Source of the DNA: Vicinamibacterales bacterium
GTDB lineage: Bacteria > Acidobacteriota > Vicinamibacteria > Vicinamibacterales > 2-12-FULL-66-21
NCBI GenBank assembly: GCA_036401215.1
Contig: DASWVN010000164.1
Coordinates: 9,611-73,610 of the forward strand
Direction of reading: 5' to 3'
DNA length: 64,000 nucleotides
Shown here: one piece after another, positions 61,083-64,000 of the stretch
Numbering within the stretch: position 1 is the first letter of the stretch
Layout: the number at the start of each line of letters is the position of its first letter
Position numbers and translations under genes: made by a program
Notes under the pieces: generated by a model
Told to the model about the DNA's origin: nothing
Database searches by the model: none
The model's input: only the letters and a program-made list of their open reading frames with translations

Positions 61083-61778
61083 ATGAAGCGTCACGCACTC
61101 GTCCCCGCCGCACTGCTGGTGGTCATTACTGCAGGCATCCAGGCCCAGCCGTTACAGACAAGCTCAGGGCAGGTTCCGGCGGCGCCGGTACCGGCACAAC
61201 AGCAACAGCGGCCGGCCCCGCCTCCGCTCGGCCCCAATGAATGGCGCATCGATCGCAGCCACTCGCAGGCGAACTTCAGCGTCCGGCACAACGTCGTGTC
61301 GACCGTGCGCGGGCAGCTTGGGCCGATCAGCGGCAGGATCGACTATGACGGCAAGGACGTCCGGTCGATCGCTGTGGACGTGACGATCGACGTGACCGCC
61401 ATCAACACCGGCAACTCCGGGCGTGACAAGGACCTGCGGAGCGAGAACTTCTTCGACGTCACGAAGTTCCCCAACATGACGTTCAAGTCGAAGCGCGTCG
61501 AACCGGGTGCCAACGGCAAGTTCAAGCTGGTGGGAGACCTGACGATCCGCGACCAGACGAAAGAGGTCGTACTCGACGTCGAGGGTCCCTCGAACGTCAT
61601 GAAGACGCAGCGCGGCGTGCTGATCGGCGCCACCGCGACGACCACGATCACCCGGCAGGATTTCGGCATCCTCTACAACCGCATGATCGAAGCGCTTCCG
61701 GTCGTCAGCGATGAAGTGCAGGTGACCATCGACCTCGAACTCAATCGTCCGGCGCTGCCGGGCACGACACAGCAGTAG
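61083..61778 (+). CDS. YceI family periplasmic protein
   Basis: W.IDRSHSQANFSVRH...V.G.....G.I.YD......I.V.I....I.TGN..RD..L.S..FFDV..FP...F.S. Confidence 0.88.
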   Translation: MKRHALVPAALLVVITAGIQAQPLQTSSGQVPAAPVPAQQQQRPAPPPLGPNEWRIDRSHSQANFSVRHNVVSTVRGQLGPISGRIDYDGKDVRSIAVDVTIDVTAINTGNSGRDKDLRSENFFDVTKFPNMTFKSKRVEPGANGKFKLVGDLTIRDQTKEVVLDVEGPSNVMKTQRGVLIGATATTTITRQDFGILYNRMIEALPVVSDEVQVTIDLELNRPALPGTTQQ

Positions 61779-61780
61779 AC

Positions 61781-62668
61781 GTGCCCTTTCTTTCGGCCCT
61801 CGCCTCCGTTGTACTCGTGGTCGTTGCCGCGCAGGCGGTCCCCATGAGCGGGTACGTGCCCGAACGCGTCTACGACACGACACGGAACGCGTTCTCGGAT
61901 TTCGAAGTCATGCTCGCCGACCTTGCGACCGCCGACGTCGTGTTCGTCGGCGAGCAGCACGACGATCCGAACACGCACCGGTTGGAGGTGGCGATCCTCG
62001 AAGGGCTGAAGCAGAGAAAAGTCCCGCCGGTCGTCTCGCTGGAAATGTTCGAGCGGGACGTGCAGAGCGTGCTGGACGCCTATCTCTCGGGCTCCGCGTC
62101 CGAGGAAGAGTTGCTGAAGACCGCGCGTCCGTGGCCGCGGTACAAGACGGACTATCGCGGATTGGTCGAACTCGCGAAGGCCAATGGCTGGCCCGTGATT
62201 GCGGCGAACGTTCCGCGGCGGATTGCCGCCGCCGTCGCGAAAGCAGGCAGCGATGCGGTGGCGCAGCTGCCCGCGGACGACCGCGCGCTGGTGGCGAAAG
62301 AGCGGCAGTGCCCTGAGGACGCGTACTTCGAGCGGTTTGCAAAGACGATGGCGGGGCATCCCGCGCCGAACCAGACGCCGGACGAGCAACGCGCCATGAT
62401 TCTGCGCTACTACTGGTCCCAGTGCGTGAAGGACGAGACCATGGCCGAATCGATCGCCAGCGCCGTCGAGCGTGGAATTCCCGTCGTGCACTACAACGGC
62501 GCGTTCCACAGCGACTTCGGTCTCGGCACCGCCGAACGCGTCCGCCGGCGTCTTCCCGGCAAACGCATCGTCGTCATCTCGATGCTGCCGGTCGAGAACC
62601 TCGATCGGCTCGAGCCCGCCGGCGAGGACCTCCTGCGCGCCGACTATCTCGTCTACACGACAAAGTAA
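61781..62668 (+). CDS. ChaN-like (haem-binding uptake, Tiki-superfamily) protein
   Basis: VFVGEQHDDPNTHRLE...SLEMFERD...WP.Y..DYR.L.E.A......V.AAN.PR. Confidence 0.7.
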   Translation: MPFLSALASVVLVVVAAQAVPMSGYVPERVYDTTRNAFSDFEVMLADLATADVVFVGEQHDDPNTHRLEVAILEGLKQRKVPPVVSLEMFERDVQSVLDAYLSGSASEEELLKTARPWPRYKTDYRGLVELAKANGWPVIAANVPRRIAAAVAKAGSDAVAQLPADDRALVAKERQCPEDAYFERFAKTMAGHPAPNQTPDEQRAMILRYYWSQCVKDETMAESIASAVERGIPVVHYNGAFHSDFGLGTAERVRRRLPGKRIVVISMLPVENLDRLEPAGEDLLRADYLVYTTK

Positions 62669-62721
62669 ACTCCAAACTCCAGACCTTAAGACTTGGGCGT
62701 TGGGAATTGGGAGTTGGGAGC
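62667..62721. terminator. Short imperfect hairpin of AAACTCC / TTGGGAG heptamers between convergent stop codons (candidate bidirectional terminator)
   Basis: AAACTCCAAACTCCAGACC-TTAAG-ACTTGGGCGTTGGGAATTGGGAGTTGGGAG. It fills the spacer exactly between TAA (62666-62668) and TAA (complement of 62722-62724). There is no T-tract. Confidence 0.4.
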
Positions 62722-64000
62722 TTATTTGAGGCGATCCGGCATCTCAGCGATCACGTAGGCCATCACCCCGATCGCGCCGGACGCGCGCGCCATATCCATC
62801 GGGTCGATCTTGTCCACCGTGTCGGCGGGCGTGTGATGCAGGAGGAAGTAGTTCCCATCCACTTCCAGCGACATCGCCGGGATGTTGCCGGCTTCGACGC
62901 TCGGACCAATATCGGCGCCTCCACCTGACGGCCCGATCTGGTCCGCCTGGATCCCGCGTAGAAGCGTGGCGATATCGCGCACGCGGGCGCGGGCGCTCTC
63001 GCTGCCGCTGAAGCCAAACCCTGTCGGCCGGAACACGCCGGAATCGGATTCCAGCATCAGCACGTGATCCTCGAGTTGATCGCGGTAGCGGTCGCGGTAG
63101 GCCGTGCCGCCACGCAGGCCGTTCTCTTCGTTCGTCCAGAGCACGACGCGGACGGTGCGGCGCGGCCGCAGGTTCAACTTCTTCATGAGACGGAGCGCCT
63201 CCCACGTCACCACGCACCCGCCGCCGTCGTCGGTGGACCCCGTACCCACGTCCCACGAATCGATGTGCCCGCCGACGACGATCACTTCGTCGGGACGTTC
63301 ACGGCCGCGGATCTCACCGACGACGTTGAAGGAGTCGGCGTCGGGGAGCATGCGCGCGTCCATCTTGAGGCGGAGCCGGATCGTCGTGCCGCGATCCACC
63401 ATGCGCTGGAGACGATCGGCGTCCTCGGTAGTGATCGCGGCTCCGGGGATCTTCGGCAGGGCAGGATCGTAGTTCAGGCCGCCGGTGTGCGGCGTGCGCA
63501 GCCCTGGCGGGCCAACCGAGCGGACGAGCGCCGCCACGGCGCCGAGCGCCGCGGCGCGCGACGGTCCGGCGGACCGGTGACGGACCGTCTCGCCGTAGGT
63601 CGTAAACGGCACGTTGTAGAGGACGATCTTGCCCTTCACGCGGTCGCCCGCGGCATCCAGTTCCTGGAAGTTGCGGACGATCAGCAGTTCGCCTTCGACC
63701 CCCTCCGGTGGTGTTCCGACGCTGTTGCCGAGGCCGAGCATGACCAGCGAACTCTGGCGTGGCGAGACGATCTCGAGGCTCTCCTGTCCGCGTACCCAGT
63801 GCGGCACCTTCACCGGCTCCTTGCGAACGTTCTCCAAACCGTCCTTCTTCATCTGCTCGACGGCCCAGTCGATCGCGTCCTCCAGCGCCTGCGATCCACT
63901 CAGGCGATGGCCGAACGTGTCGCCGAGTTCGGCCAGCCGTTCCCAGGCGAAATTCGAGGACAGCGCTTCCCCGAGCAGTCGCGCTGCGGGTTCACGATAC
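62722..64000 (-). CDS. M28 family aminopeptidase (N-terminus runs off the window end)
   Basis: The ORF track starts at an internal Met. The frame stays open to 64000 (…RLLGEALSSNFAWERLAELGDTFGHRLSGSQALEDAIDWAVEQMKKDG…). Metal-site motifs GGHIDSWDVGTGSTDDGGG and WTNEENGLRG. Confidence 0.85.
   Translation of the reverse strand, partial: YREPAARLLGEALSSNFAWERLAELGDTFGHRLSGSQALEDAIDWAVEQMKKDGLENVRKEPVKVPHWVRGQESLEIVSPRQSSLVMLGLGNSVGTPPEGVEGELLIVRNFQELDAAGDRVKGKIVLYNVPFTTYGETVRHRSAGPSRAAALGAVAALVRSVGPPGLRTPHTGGLNYDPALPKIPGAAITTEDADRLQRMVDRGTTIRLRLKMDARMLPDADSFNVVGEIRGRERPDEVIVVGGHIDSWDVGTGSTDDGGGCVVTWEALRLMKKLNLRPRRTVRVVLWTNEENGLRGGTAYRDRYRDQLEDHVLMLESDSGVFRPTGFGFSGSESARARVRDIATLLRGIQADQIGPSGGGADIGPSVEAGNIPAMSLEVDGNYFLLHHTPADTVDKIDPMDMARASGAIGVMAYVIAEMPDRLK

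Noticed and set aside
1-64000. Mobile genetic elements, prophage, genomic island or defence systems (transposase, integrase, restriction-modification, toxin-antitoxin, retron, Cas).
   Set aside because: No ORF in any frame shows the corresponding motifs. Gene content is housekeeping or envelope throughout. Apart from the repeat-filled spacers, I saw no compositional break by eye.

Overview
A visibly GC-rich chromosomal window from a diderm bacterium (lpxD/lpxB, a TonB-dependent receptor, outer-membrane barrels). The gene content loosely suggests Acidobacteriota-like, but that is inference only. I call about 65 protein genes and one tRNA, nearly all housekeeping or envelope functions. They include the conserved thrS-infC-rpmI-rplT-pheS cluster and an xseA-xseB-ispA-tlyA-nadK string. 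Also present are gatCA, divergent hsp20 genes, an amrB-amrA pair, nfo, lpxD/lpxB, acnA, queG, a UdgX-like glycosylase and an ECF sigma/anti-sigma/HEAT operon. There are several secreted peptidases (S41, M23-like, M16 x2, M10, M64, M28). I see no CRISPR array, transposase, integrase or phage genes. The feature that gene annotation does not explain is in the intergenic DNA. At least 16 spacers are filled, often exactly from stop codon to stop codon, with short-period tandem repeats of 6-14 nt. These fall into about five sequence families: GGGAWCA, GCCGGAAGC, GGTGCTG/GCACC, CGGACCS/GGGGTCC and AACTCCGAACTATG. The repeats are usually arranged as long imperfect inverted repeats of 100-390 nt, sometimes nested one family inside another, and sometimes present as a single arm with canonical G-quadruplex spacing. 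In 4 of 4 GGGAWCA arrays the first unit is fused to the TAG stop codon of the upstream gene. I cannot match this repeat system to a described element class from the sequence alone, and it is my main candidate for something new. Secondary observations are listed below.
- a HAIR-like palindrome over a near-consensus promoter at hsp20
- a probable AUC start for infC
- a duplicated motif in the thrS leader
- an S41 protease homolog with both catalytic residues apparently replaced
- a domain-permuted aconitase-family protein
- several genes whose -10 box abuts the start codon (leaderless candidates)
- a translationally coupled operon encoding a TMTC-like glycosyltransferase and a beta-helix/PA14 protein
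All protein assignments rest on motif recognition by eye. No database search was run.
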